Assembly: GCA_963850465.1 (NCBI GenBank)
Contig: CAWKLN010000020.1
Coordinates: forward strand, 20,538-84,537
From: an uncultured delta proteobacterium
GTDB lineage: Bacteria; Desulfobacterota; Desulfobacteria; Desulfobacterales; UBA5852
DNA length: 64,000 bases
Direction of reading: 5' to 3'
Shown here in pieces: positions 63,784 to 64,000 of the stretch. Numbering within the stretch: the stretch's first letter is position 1; each line of letters begins with the position of its first letter. The notes beneath the pieces were generated by a model. The model was not told where the DNA came from and made no database searches. It saw only the letters and a list, made by a program, of their open reading frames with translations. Position numbers and translations under genes: made by a program.

Positions 63784-64000
63784 GCGATTTGAGGAAAAAC
63801 AACGGGCCGGAATCTTGATGCCTTCAATTTAGGGGGAGTAAAGATCGACCCATGTGGATGAAAGAAATATTTCGCAAACCCACGATGCACAGAGGACCTT
63901 TGCTGATCGAGCTGGAAACCACCCTTTTGCGGTTCAAGATTGATATGGCGCATGCCCCATGAAAAGCAACGGCGGCGCTTGGCCGCCGCCTAATCAATCA

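Noticed and set aside
63852-64000. A short ORF and the GGCGGC-gcttg-GCCGCC hairpin at the right edge of the window.
   Set aside because: The ORF is only about 36 codons. The hairpin lacks a T-tract and the window ends there, so nothing can be concluded.

Overview
The window is a bacterial chromosomal segment with about 60 protein-coding genes. I recognised no rRNA, tRNA, CRISPR array or intact mobile element. The gene content suggests a Deltaproteobacteria/Desulfobacterota-like organism, which is an inference only. That content includes many sigma-54 regulators, DUF4390-NtrY-NtrX, pilMNOPQ with an AMIN-domain secretin, an ACR3/ArsP arsenic cluster, crcB and a candidate selenoprotein.

Genes from left to right:
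- 1-12 kb: bamD (partial), trxA, purN, TraB-family, a CbbQ/NorQ ATPase with a NorD/CbbO-like VWA partner, and the arsenic cluster arsR / thioredoxin-like / arsP-like / acr3.
- 12-19 kb: a 7TM-PAS histidine kinase with REC and REC-REC-GGDEF genes, a repeat-dense convergent intergenic region, and crcB with a DUF190-4xCBS gene.
- 19-36 kb: lepB, assorted metabolic and stress genes, an MCP, USP, flgM, an MFS transporter, a TGA-interrupted glutaredoxin-like ORF, qor and fabF.
- 36-64 kb: a low-GC islet with two stand-alone cNMP-binding proteins, comM/yifB, lpxC, DUF4390-ntrY-ntrX, rsmD, coaD, a LysR regulator, pcm, 5-FCL, serS, thrC, a TPR lipoprotein, pilQPONM preceded by a small XRE regulator, and a PilS/PilR-like kinase and sigma-54 regulator pair.

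Main observations:
1. A glutaredoxin-like ORF has an in-frame TGA exactly at the first active-site Cys position, followed by a SECIS-like hairpin.
2. A roughly 680-bp repeat cluster includes a 126-bp tandem unit and a perfect 25-bp inverted repeat.
3. At least seven otherwise well-conserved genes are split by single-base frame changes, several at short homopolymer runs. This could be sequencing error or real decay.
4. Base composition drops markedly and unevenly near 36 kb.

All product calls rest on motif and family recognition by eye from the supplied translations. No database search was run.
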